Below, piece by piece: positions 24,564 to 33,394 of a DNA stretch of 54,408 nt. Every line of letters starts with the position of its first letter. The first letter of the stretch is position 1. The stretch comes from an uncultured Actinomycetes bacterium. Lineage in GTDB: Bacteria; Actinomycetota; Geothermincolia; Geothermincolales; RBG-13-55-18. The stretch covers positions 1 through 54,408 of the forward strand of contig CAKZMC010000198.1 in the NCBI GenBank assembly GCA_937128055.1. Direction: 5' to 3'. The notes beneath the pieces were generated by a model. The model had not been told where the DNA came from and did no database searches. It was given only the letters and a program-made list of their open reading frames with translations. The position numbers and the translations under genes are program-made.

Positions 24564-25651
24564 CGCCCTTGATGAGAGAGGAAGTGAGAGATCTCCCCGT
24601 CTACAGCCCGGGAAGATCCCCGGAGGAGGTGGCCAGGGAGCTGGGCATCTCGCATTGCGTGAAAATGGCCTCCAACGAGAACCCCCTGGGTCCCTCCCCG
24701 CTGGCTCTACGGGCCTTGGCGGAGGCGCTTCCCACCGCGCACCTTTACCCCGACGTGGACTGTCACCGGCTGCGGGAAGCCCTCTCTCTCCGCCTGGGCG
24801 TTACCGCGGAATGCTTGCTGGTGACCCACGGAGCCGACGAGGCGTTCGACCTCCTGGCCTACGCCTTCCTGGAGCGGGGGGACGAGGTGGTGGTGGGCGA
24901 CCCCACCTTCTCCTCCTACGAGTTGGCGGCGCGGACCATGGGCGCCGCGGTGAGAAGGGTCCCGCTGCGGGAGTACCGGCAGGATATCCCGGCCATGCTC
25001 GAGGCGATCGGCGCGCGGACCAAGCTGGTCATACTCTGCTCTCCCCTCAATCCCACGGGCACCACGGTCAGCGCGGCGGAGCTCGAGGCGGCGGTCGAGG
25101 GCCTGCCCCGGAGCGCGCTCCTGGTGCTGGACGAGGCCTACCTGGAATACGTCACCGACCCGGAGCACCCGGAATCCCTGCACTACTTTCGGGACTGCGC
25201 GGGCATGGTCATCGCGCGTACCTTCTCCAAGATCTACGGTCTGGCCGGCTTGCGGGTGGGATACGTCGTTTGCCACCCTGCCGTAAGGGAGGCGCTGGAG
25301 AAGGTCAAGCTCCCCTTCAACGTCAACCGCCTGGGGCAGGTGGCCGCCCTCGCTGCCCTGGATGACGAGGAGCACCTGCGGCGGTCACGCGAGGTGAACG
25401 AGCATGGGAAGCGGCGTCTCTACGGAGTGCTCGAGGAGACGGGTTTCGCCTACGTTCCCACGCAGGCCAACTTCATCCTGGTGAAAGACCGTGACCGCGG
25501 CGACCTCTACGGGGAGCTCCTGCGCCGCGGCATCATCGTGCGGGCGGGAGAGGCCTTGGGAGTCCCCGGCCACGTGCGCATCACCATAGGCGACGAAGCC
25601 CAGAACGACAGGCTGGAGGAGGCCCTCCGGGATATAGCGGGGAAAGGGTGA
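24548..25651 (+). CDS. hisC: Histidinol-phosphate aminotransferase
   Basis: 367-aa ORF. ASNENPLGPSP, NPTG, PLP-lysine context FSKIYGLAGLRVGY. Overlaps the previous gene by 16 nt. Confidence 0.9.
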   Translation: MDFDVTPLMREEVRDLPVYSPGRSPEEVARELGISHCVKMASNENPLGPSPLALRALAEALPTAHLYPDVDCHRLREALSLRLGVTAECLLVTHGADEAFDLLAYAFLERGDEVVVGDPTFSSYELAARTMGAAVRRVPLREYRQDIPAMLEAIGARTKLVILCSPLNPTGTTVSAAELEAAVEGLPRSALLVLDEAYLEYVTDPEHPESLHYFRDCAGMVIARTFSKIYGLAGLRVGYVVCHPAVREALEKVKLPFNVNRLGQVAALAALDDEEHLRRSREVNEHGKRRLYGVLEETGFAYVPTQANFILVKDRDRGDLYGELLRRGIIVRAGEALGVPGHVRITIGDEAQNDRLEEALRDIAGKG

Positions 25652-25660
25652 TCGCGGCCC

Positions 25661-26731
25661 ATGCCCCTGCTGGGAGAGGAAGCGGGAAGGGGCCCCGGGG
25701 CCACAAGGCTTTTCGTCTTTCTCGACGGGCTGGAATTCATCCAGGGGGAAAGCGCCTACCGGGAAGTGCTGGAGCCATTGCGCGAGTTCGGCTCCTACCG
25801 GTACTACAAGAACCGCCTGGAGGAAAGCCACCTTCTCCTGGAGAGGATAGGCGATGCCCACGCCGTGTTCCTGGATTGGTCCAACCTGAACGCCGAGGTG
25901 CTTTCCTTCTGCCCCTCCCTGGAAATAGTCTCCTATATCGGGGTGGGGGCTGCCAACTTCGTTGACCTGGCCGCCGCCAGCGAGCTGGGGATCGTGGTCA
26001 CCAACACGCCGGATTACGGGAACCGTTCCGTGGCCGAGCACGCCCTGGGCCTCATCCTGGCGGTGGCGAGGCACATCGCGCGGGGGGACCGCGACCTGCG
26101 GCAGGGCCGCTGGACCTCCTCGCAGCGCGAGGGGGTGCAGATCTCGGGGCGGCGCATCGGGCTGGTGGGCATGGGGGCGGTGGGTAAGGAGATGGCCCGC
26201 ATGTGCCGATCACTGGGGATGGAGATTATATACCACGATCCGCGGAGGCAGCCGGAAGTGGAGGACATGGCTTCGTACCGCGAGCTAGACGAGCTTCTCC
26301 GAGAATGTGACGTCGTCAGCCTGCACGTCGCCTACACTCCGGAGACGCACAATCTCATCGGGGAGAGGGAGCTTTCCCTGCTGCGGCCCGGCGCCATCCT
26401 GGTCAATACCAGCCGCGGTGAGGTGTTGGACCTGAAGGCCCTGGCGAAAGCCTTGCGGGAGGGACGGCTGTGGGGGGCTGGCCTGGATAATTATTCCAAC
26501 GAACCCCACCCGGACCTGAGCGGGCTGGTGGGCCTGGAAAACGTGGTGATGACCCCGCACATCGCCTTCAACACGCGCGAGGCCAAGGATCGCATGACGG
26601 CCATCGCCGTGGAGAACGTCGTCTCCTTCTACCGGGGCGAGCCGCGGAACGTCCTGAACCCGGAGGCCCTCGCGAGGAAAGGGGCTGCGGGGACGGCGGG
26701 CAGAGGCGACGAAGGCGCGGGGAGGACATGA
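25661..26731 (+). CDS. D-isomer-specific 2-hydroxyacid dehydrogenase (glycerate / phosphoglycerate dehydrogenase-like)
   Basis: 356-aa ORF. NAD-binding GLVGMGAVGKEMA, NTSRG, MTPHIAF. Substrate not assignable from sequence. Confidence 0.85.
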   Translation: MPLLGEEAGRGPGATRLFVFLDGLEFIQGESAYREVLEPLREFGSYRYYKNRLEESHLLLERIGDAHAVFLDWSNLNAEVLSFCPSLEIVSYIGVGAANFVDLAAASELGIVVTNTPDYGNRSVAEHALGLILAVARHIARGDRDLRQGRWTSSQREGVQISGRRIGLVGMGAVGKEMARMCRSLGMEIIYHDPRRQPEVEDMASYRELDELLRECDVVSLHVAYTPETHNLIGERELSLLRPGAILVNTSRGEVLDLKALAKALREGRLWGAGLDNYSNEPHPDLSGLVGLENVVMTPHIAFNTREAKDRMTAIAVENVVSFYRGEPRNVLNPEALARKGAAGTAGRGDEGAGRT

Positions 26732-26755
26732 GGGATTGAGGAGAGGATTCGGGGC

Positions 26756-27991
26756 ATGGGCGCGGGCATGCGGGTTACCCTGGTGATTCCTTCCTATTGG
26801 GGAAGGAGGACCGGCGAACCCTTTAACCCGGAGGACGCGGTCTACGACCACCCCACACCCCTGGACGCGCAGGGAACCCTGGCCCGGGCCCTGGAGAGCA
26901 TCCGCATCCTGCGCTACCGGAATTTCCGGGTGCTGGTACTTGGGGTGGCGACCCATCCCGACCTGGAGGATGAGGTGGAAGGTCGCCTGCGGGAGATAGT
27001 GGCTCCCTTCCGGAGGCATTTCCCCGTGGCCCTGCTCAGCCATTCCCACGAGAGGGAGATGAGGGGCATCCTGGAAGAAGGCGGCAACGGCGCGTTTGCG
27101 CACATGCTCTCCCTGCGGGGCTATTCCAACATCCGCAACTTTTGCCTGGTGGCAGCCTGCCTGGACGGAGCGGAGGCGGCGGTGCTCTTCGACGACGACG
27201 AGGTCTACGAGGACCCCCATTATCTGGAAAAGGTCGACGAGGTGCTGGGAAGCGAGTTCCAGGGCCGTTTTATCGGCGGGCTGGCCGGCTATTACGTTAA
27301 CCCCGATGGAGGGTATCTCCTGCCGCGCAACACCGACTGGGTCTTCGCGGAATGGCCCGCGGTGGAGTGCATGAACCGGGCCTTCACCATCATCGAGGTC
27401 GGGGAGAGGCTGAAGCCGACGCCCTGGGTTTTCGGGGGCAACATGTGCATACACCGCGAGCTCTTTACCAGAGTGGCTTTCGATCCGCGCGTGACTAGGG
27501 GAGAGGACATCGATTACCTCATCAACGCCAAGTTCCTGGGGTACGATTTCTTCCTGGAAAACACGCTGTGGATACGTCACCTCCCCCCACCCAAGACGGC
27601 GCCCCTCTGGAGGCGCTTCCGCGAGGACCTCGACCGTTTCGTCTACACCAGGGAGAAGCTGCGAACACAGGAAGCGGTGGAAGGCTGCCGGCGAGTGAGG
27701 GTGGAGGAGCTCGATCCCTATCCGGGGAGATTCCTCCGCGACGACCTGGAAGATATGGTCTTCCGCACCTGCGTGCTCATGGCCCTGGATTATCTTTCCA
27801 GGAAAGACGATGAAGGGTTCGCGGAAAGCATGGCCAATCTCTTGCGCGCGCGCGCCGGCCCGCGGGTTTCGCGCAATCCCTTCCGGGAATACCTGGCATG
27901 GCGCCGCCGCTGGGAGGAGTTCATGCGCTTCCTTGCGAGGGAAGAGGGGCTGCAGCGTTACGTGCAGGGACTCTACGAAGGGGCGCGGTGA
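26756..27991 (+). CDS. Divergent GT-A-fold glycosyltransferase-like protein
   Basis: 411-aa ORF. VTLVIPSYWGR N-terminus, acidic DxD-type motif LFDDDEV, later GGNM and TRGEDIDY blocks. Family not recognised. Confidence 0.6.
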   Translation: MGAGMRVTLVIPSYWGRRTGEPFNPEDAVYDHPTPLDAQGTLARALESIRILRYRNFRVLVLGVATHPDLEDEVEGRLREIVAPFRRHFPVALLSHSHEREMRGILEEGGNGAFAHMLSLRGYSNIRNFCLVAACLDGAEAAVLFDDDEVYEDPHYLEKVDEVLGSEFQGRFIGGLAGYYVNPDGGYLLPRNTDWVFAEWPAVECMNRAFTIIEVGERLKPTPWVFGGNMCIHRELFTRVAFDPRVTRGEDIDYLINAKFLGYDFFLENTLWIRHLPPPKTAPLWRRFREDLDRFVYTREKLRTQEAVEGCRRVRVEELDPYPGRFLRDDLEDMVFRTCVLMALDYLSRKDDEGFAESMANLLRARAGPRVSRNPFREYLAWRRRWEEFMRFLAREEGLQRYVQGLYEGAR

Positions 27992-29289
27992 GGACCGTGA
28001 AGGAAACCGGCACCGTGCTCGACCCGTCGGTCATAAGGCGCTGCCATGAGATCGGGCGTGCCGACATCCTGGTGGGCATCCCCAGCTTCCGCAACGCGGA
28101 CACCATAGCACACGTGGTGCGCAGCGCCGCCGAGGGCATGGTCAGGTATTTCCCGGGGCTGAGGCCGGTGCTGGTAAATTCGGACGGGGGTTCCACGGAC
28201 GACACGGTGGAGTTGGTGCTACGGGAGCCAGTGCCTCCGCAGGTGGAGAAGATCGTCACGCCCTACCGTGGCCTTCCCGGGAAGGGGTCCGCTTTCCATG
28301 CCATCTTCGAGGTAGCCACCAGGCTCAAGGCGCGCATTTGCATCATGGTCGACTCCGACCTGCGCAGCATCACCCCGGAATGGATACGCCTGCTTGGCGA
28401 ACCGGTGTGGAAGAACAGCTACGGGTTCGTCGCCCCCTATTACATACGCCACAAGTACGACGGCACCATCACCAACAACCTGGCTTTCCCCATGACGCAA
28501 GCCCTGTATGGCAGGCGCATAAGGCAGCCCATCGGCGGGGATTTCGGGTTCACCGGCTCGCTGGCCCTCGTATACTCGCACATGGACGTGTGGAGGTCGG
28601 ACATCGCCAAGTTCGGCATCGACGTCTGGATGACCACCACGGCCATAACGGAGGGTTTCCGCATCTGCCAGTCGGCCATGGGGGTCAAGATCCACAACGT
28701 GAAGGACCCGGGAAGCGACCTGGGCTCCATGTTCGTACAGGTCGCATCCACCATCTTTTACCTCATGGGGGAACACGAGGTGAAGTGGATGCGGGTGCGG
28801 GGTTCCATCGCGACCCGCATCTTCGGGGACGTGCGCTACGAGGAACCGGCGAGCATGGAGATCAACGTGGACAACCTCATCGACCACTTCACTGCGGGCT
28901 GCGAACGCTACCGGGAGATCTGGGAGGTGGTCATGGAGCCGACCAACCTCATGGAAGTGTCCTTCGCCGCGCAGGCCAGGAGGGAGGAGGATTTCTCCTT
29001 TCCGGAGAGCCTTTGGGCTAAGCTGGTCTACGACTTCGCCGTGGCCTATAATTTCGAATGCCGCTTTTCCAGAAGGGAGATCGTGGAGGCGCTGGTCCCC
29101 CTCTACTGCGCGCGCACGGCGGATTTCGCTCTCCGCACCCGCAACATGACCAACATGGAGGTGGAACACCTGGTGCAGCGGCAGGCGGAGGAGTTCGAGT
29201 GGCTCAAGCCATACCTGGTGGATAAGTGGCTACGGGCCAAGGAGGCCGCGCTCACGGACCCCCAAGACCTCTTGCCGACGTCCACCTGA
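27988..29289 (+). CDS. GT2-like (GT-A fold) glycosyltransferase
   Basis: ILVGIPSFRNADTIAHVV...NSDGGSTDDT...IMVDSDL. Start placed at GTG 27988, which forms a GTGA overlap with the upstream stop. The upstream part of the 463-aa ORF overlaps the previous gene. Confidence 0.75.
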   Translation: MRTVKETGTVLDPSVIRRCHEIGRADILVGIPSFRNADTIAHVVRSAAEGMVRYFPGLRPVLVNSDGGSTDDTVELVLREPVPPQVEKIVTPYRGLPGKGSAFHAIFEVATRLKARICIMVDSDLRSITPEWIRLLGEPVWKNSYGFVAPYYIRHKYDGTITNNLAFPMTQALYGRRIRQPIGGDFGFTGSLALVYSHMDVWRSDIAKFGIDVWMTTTAITEGFRICQSAMGVKIHNVKDPGSDLGSMFVQVASTIFYLMGEHEVKWMRVRGSIATRIFGDVRYEEPASMEINVDNLIDHFTAGCERYREIWEVVMEPTNLMEVSFAAQARREEDFSFPESLWAKLVYDFAVAYNFECRFSRREIVEALVPLYCARTADFALRTRNMTNMEVEHLVQRQAEEFEWLKPYLVDKWLRAKEAALTDPQDLLPTST

Positions 29290-29450
29290 TGTTTCTGCCG
29301 CGCGCTTTCACCGCGGCGGGCGGGGAGGGCGGCGGCGACATCTCTGCCTGGGCCCCGTTTATCCCATAATTTGTTATTTGCGCGGGGCATGAGGGACTGC
29401 ATGTAGTATTTTCCGGTTTTTTACATATAGGGGTTGATTTTTGTCCGGCG

Positions 29451-29504
29451 GTGGTCGAAAATGGAGGCAAATGGTTGAAAGTGGAGTGTGATGGTGTATA
29501 ATGG
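29451..29504 (+). promoter_or_regulatory. Six (A/G)TGG direct repeats at exact 10-bp phasing: candidate MraZ operator
   Basis: GTGG 29451, ATGG 29461, ATGG 29471, GTGG 29481, ATGG 29491, ATGG 29501. The array overlaps the -35/-10 of the mraZ promoter. Confidence 0.6.
29475..29502 (+). promoter_or_regulatory. Candidate dcw (Pmra) promoter
   Basis: TTGAAA (29475-29480), 16-nt spacer, TATAAT (29497-29502), about 95 nt upstream of mraZ. Confidence 0.6.
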
Positions 29505-29595
29505 TTGACAGCAAGGCGGAGGGGAGAGCGGGAAGGAGGAAGCCTTCCGGGAGACCCTTCCGCAAGGGGCCCGGCTGACGAGACAAGGCGGCGAC

Positions 29596-30027
29596 ATGTT
29601 CCTGGGTACTCACGAGAACATTATAGACGAGAAGGGAAGGGTCATCATGCCCTCCAAGTTCCGGCCGGAACTTGAGGAAGGGGCAGTGATGGTCTACTGG
29701 TTCGAGGAGTGCGTGGCCCTTTTTACCGTGCGGGAGTTCAAGAAGGTGGCGAAGAAGGTGGCCTCTCTGCCACAGGGGCAGCGGGACAGGAGGTCCCTGG
29801 AGCGCGTGGTCTTCAGCAACGCCTACGAGGCGGTCCCCGATCGCCAGGGCCGCCTCACCATACCGCCGCGGCTCCGCCAGTTGGCGGGGCTCGACCGCGA
29901 GGTGGTCACGGTGGGACTGATGAACCGGGTGGAGATCTGGGACCGCGAGCGCTGGGAGGCTTCCATGCAGGGGGGCATCAAGAGCCTGGAAGAAACCGCG
30001 GAGAAACTGTCCTGGAACGGTTTCTGA
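29596..30027 (+). CDS. mraZ: Transcriptional regulator MraZ
   Basis: 143-aa ORF. MFLGTHENIIDEKGRVIMPSKFR and a second repeat DRQGRLTIPPRLR (duplicated SpoVT/AbrB-like halves). Confidence 0.95.
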   Translation: MFLGTHENIIDEKGRVIMPSKFRPELEEGAVMVYWFEECVALFTVREFKKVAKKVASLPQGQRDRRSLERVVFSNAYEAVPDRQGRLTIPPRLRQLAGLDREVVTVGLMNRVEIWDRERWEASMQGGIKSLEETAEKLSWNGF

Positions 30028-30152
30028 TCCGCGTGGCGGGCGGGACGGAAGGGGACGGATGGCAATGGTGGACATAATCAGGCAGGGCAGGAGGCACTGG
30101 ACGCGCGGGGAGGAAGGAGCGCCCCGCTGCCTGCGTCATTTGTTGGAAATAA

Positions 30153-31097
30153 ATGGACGAAGGTGATATCCGCCATGTACCGGTACTCTGCCAGGAGGTC
30201 GTGGGCTTTCTGCGCCCCCGCCCCGGTGATGTCCTGGTGGACGCCACCGTCGGTGAGGGAGGCCATGCCCGCGCCATCCTGCACAAGATGGAGGGACAGG
30301 GTTGCCTGATAGGACTGGACCGGGACGGGGAGGCGCTGCGCAGAGCGGGCGAAAGGCTGCGGGAGTTCGCTCCCGTGCTCACCCTGCGCCGTGCGGACTT
30401 CTCCTCGCTGCGGGAGGTGCTGCAGGAGTTGGGGGTGAGGGAGGTGAACGGCGTCCTCCTGGACCTGGGGGTTTCCTCCCTGCAGCTGGAATCGCCACAG
30501 CGCGGCTTCTCCTATCGCTTTCCCGGCCGGTTGGACATGCGCATGGACCGGAGCCAGGATCTGGATGCCTGGAAGGTGGTGAACGAGTATGAGGAGAGAG
30601 AGCTGGCGCGTATTATCCGCGAGTACGGCGAGGAGCGTTGGGCTGCCCGTATCGCTCGGGGCATCGCTCTCGCGAGAAAGCGCGCGCCCATCGACACCAC
30701 GGATCGACTTGCTGAGGTTGTGAGGGACTCCATCCCCGCCGCGGCCAGGCGCCGGGGACGCCACCCGGCGAGGAGGACCTTTCAGGCCCTGAGGATGGAG
30801 GTGAACGGGGAGCTGCGGAACCTGGGGGCGGTGTTGCCCCAGGCGGCAGGCGCGCTCAAGGAGGGGGGAAGGTTGGTGGTCATTTCCTACCATTCCCTGG
30901 AAGACAGGTTGGTGAAGAGGTTCTTTCTCTCCCGCGGTTCGCGTTGCGCGTGCCCTTTGGATGCGCCCCGCTGCACGTGCGGCAGGGGGGAGGAGCTGCG
31001 CATCCTGACCGCCGGCCCGGTCCGTCCCGGGCCCGTGGAGGTGGAGGAAAACCCGAGATCCCGCGGCGCGAAGTTGCGGGCGGCGGAGAAGAGGTAG
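30153..31097 (+). CDS. rsmH: 16S rRNA (cytosine1402-N4)-methyltransferase RsmH
   Basis: 314-aa ORF. HVPVL..., VDATVGEGGHA, LLDLGVSSLQL, ISYHSLEDR. Confidence 0.95.
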   Translation: MDEGDIRHVPVLCQEVVGFLRPRPGDVLVDATVGEGGHARAILHKMEGQGCLIGLDRDGEALRRAGERLREFAPVLTLRRADFSSLREVLQELGVREVNGVLLDLGVSSLQLESPQRGFSYRFPGRLDMRMDRSQDLDAWKVVNEYEERELARIIREYGEERWAARIARGIALARKRAPIDTTDRLAEVVRDSIPAAARRRGRHPARRTFQALRMEVNGELRNLGAVLPQAAGALKEGGRLVVISYHSLEDRLVKRFFLSRGSRCACPLDAPRCTCGRGEELRILTAGPVRPGPVEVEENPRSRGAKLRAAEKR

Positions 31098-31103
31098 GCA
31101 ACC

Positions 31104-31577
31104 GTGTCCCTGGCATTGGAGTGGAAAAACCTGTCTTCTCCCGGTCGCGGGGAGGAGGTCAGGCGCCGCGAGGAAAAGCGGCGTGCCGAACACCTGCGCA
31201 GGAAGCAGAAAGAGAGAGTGCGGCGCACGCGCCTGTTTTTCCTGTCCTTTCTGGCCATAGCCTTGTTCCTCAGCGGCGTGCTGCTGCTCTCCATATTCCT
31301 GCACGTGATGGTGGTGCAGAACGAGATCAGCCTGCGTGAGGTGGAGAAGCAGATCGAGCTGGAGAGGCGCAGGCAGGACACCTTCCGGACCGAGATATCG
31401 TCCCTCGAGTCGCCGGGGAGGATAGAGAAGGAGGCTGTTGAGAAACTGCACATGGTACAGGCGGCGGCTGCCGACTACCTGGAGACGACGGCCTACCGGG
31501 CCGCCCGGGAGAGAGACGGGGAGGGCATGCCCGGAGCGCAGGCCATGGCGGGGGATGCTGCGCAAGGAGGTAACTGA
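31104..31577 (+). CDS. ftsL: Cell division protein FtsL-like (bitopic, coiled coil)
   Basis: 157-aa ORF (GTG start) in the canonical position. Arg-rich N-tail, one TM segment (LFFLSFLAIALFLSGVLLLSIFL), coiled-coil region and RIEKEAVEKLHM motif. Confidence 0.75.
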   Translation: MSLALEWKNLSSPGRGEEVRRREEKRRAEHLRRKQKERVRRTRLFFLSFLAIALFLSGVLLLSIFLHVMVVQNEISLREVEKQIELERRRQDTFRTEISSLESPGRIEKEAVEKLHMVQAAAADYLETTAYRAARERDGEGMPGAQAMAGDAAQGGN

Positions 31578-31678
31578 AGGGAAGCAGTGCGAGCTTGAAG
31601 GTAAACGCACGCCGAGCGGCGAATTCACAAAAGAGCCGTTAGGCGGCCGCAATCCAGGAGGCATCCAAGGAGGACGAG

Positions 31679-33394
31679 GTGTCAAAAGGAAAAAACAGGG
31701 ATGCCAGGATAAACCTGGCAGCCGTGGTTCTTCTTCTCGGAATGGGGCTCATCGCTTACCGCCTCGTCAACCTGCAGGTCTTGAACGCCGACCGCTACGA
31801 GGGGCTCGCCCAGGAGCAGAGGCTGCAGTCCTCGGACCTCAACCCCCGCCGCGGCTGCATCCTGGACAACGAGGGGGAGGTCCTGGCCATAAGCAAGGAA
31901 GCTTATTCCATTTTTGCCACGCCTTACCTGGTGGAGGACGTCCCGTCCGCCGCGGCCGATCTTTCGTTGGTGCTCGGGAAACCGAGGCAGGAGATAGAGG
32001 AGAAACTGCGGACACCGTCGGGTTTCGTCTATCTGGAGAGGAAGGTAAGCCCGGATAAGGCGGAGGAGGTCGCGGCCCTGGGCATAGCGGGCATCGGCCT
32101 GGAGAAGGAAAGCAAGAGGTATTACCCGCAGGGGGACCTGGCCTGCCAGCTCATAGGCTTCGTGGGCACGGATAACATCGGGCTGGCCGGCCTTGAACTG
32201 CAATACGAGGAGATCCTGGCCGGCGAGAGGGGAGAGGCGGAGCTGGAGGTTGATGCCCGCGGAGATCCCATACCCGGGGTGACGAGGATCATAAAGCCTC
32301 CCGTGGACGGGAGCGATATCCGGCTGACCTTGGACTCCGAGATCCAGTTCAAGCTACAGGAGCAGCTGGCGGTTTCGGTGGAGAGCAGCGGCGCCAAGAA
32401 CGCGGCGGGTCTGGTCATGGACTGCCGGACAGGCGCCATCCTGGCCATGGCCACCCACCCCTTTTTCGACGTCAACCGGTTCGCCTCCGTGGATCCCTCG
32501 CTGACCAGGAACCGGCCGGTCACCGATGCTTTCGAGCCGGGTTCCGTGCTGAAAGTGATAACCGCCATGGCAGCCCTGCAGGAGCAGGTGGTGACGCCCG
32601 GCTCCGTGATCAATATCCCTCCCTCCATCAAGATGGGCGAGTACGAGTTCAAGGACGACCACGACATGCCCAAGAGCGACCTCACCTTCAGCGAGGTCAT
32701 CGCCTATTCCTCCAACCTGGGGACCATCAAGACCGCCATGGCGCTGGGAAAAGATGCCATGGCCGGCTATCTCGAGAAGTGCGGACTGGGCAGGAAAACG
32801 GGCGTGGATTTCCCGGGAGAGGCCGCGGGGGTCGTTCCCCAGGCGAAGGACTGGTCGCTCACCACCCTGCCCACCGTGGCCATCGGCCAGGGGATCTCGG
32901 TCACGCCCCTGCAGCTGGCGGTGGTCATGTCCGCGGTGGCCAACGGCGGGGTCATGGTGCAGCCGCATTTCCTGCAATGCATCGTCCACCCCGATAAGTC
33001 AACCGAGGAGCGCGAATACCCCTCCGGGGAGCGTATCGTTTCCGAGAACACCGCGGCTTCGTTGCGCCACATCCTCGGAGAGGTGGTAAGAATCGGCACG
33101 GGAACGCGCGCCGCCACGGCCCTTTTCAACTGCGGAGGCAAGACGGGCACGGCCATGAAGCCTGATCCGAGGGGCGGGTACCGCGAGGCATACGTTGCCA
33201 GTTTCGCCGGTTTCGGTCCCAGCGAGAACCCCAGGCTGGTGGCGGTGATTACCCTGGACGAGCCGCGAACGGTTTACGGAGGGCTGGCAGCCGCTCCCTG
33301 TTTTTCCCAGGTTATGGAATTCTCTTTGCAACATCTGGAAGTCACTCCCAGCCTGGAAAAGGCGAACACAAAGGACAGGGTGGTGCAGCAGTGA
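31679..33394 (+). CDS. ftsI: Peptidoglycan D,D-transpeptidase FtsI (class B PBP)
   Basis: 571-aa ORF. TM anchor, dimerisation domain, SVLK (SxxK), SSN and KTGT motifs. Confidence 0.92.
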   Translation: MSKGKNRDARINLAAVVLLLGMGLIAYRLVNLQVLNADRYEGLAQEQRLQSSDLNPRRGCILDNEGEVLAISKEAYSIFATPYLVEDVPSAAADLSLVLGKPRQEIEEKLRTPSGFVYLERKVSPDKAEEVAALGIAGIGLEKESKRYYPQGDLACQLIGFVGTDNIGLAGLELQYEEILAGERGEAELEVDARGDPIPGVTRIIKPPVDGSDIRLTLDSEIQFKLQEQLAVSVESSGAKNAAGLVMDCRTGAILAMATHPFFDVNRFASVDPSLTRNRPVTDAFEPGSVLKVITAMAALQEQVVTPGSVINIPPSIKMGEYEFKDDHDMPKSDLTFSEVIAYSSNLGTIKTAMALGKDAMAGYLEKCGLGRKTGVDFPGEAAGVVPQAKDWSLTTLPTVAIGQGISVTPLQLAVVMSAVANGGVMVQPHFLQCIVHPDKSTEEREYPSGERIVSENTAASLRHILGEVVRIGTGTRAATALFNCGGKTGTAMKPDPRGGYREAYVASFAGFGPSENPRLVAVITLDEPRTVYGGLAAAPCFSQVMEFSLQHLEVTPSLEKANTKDRVVQQ

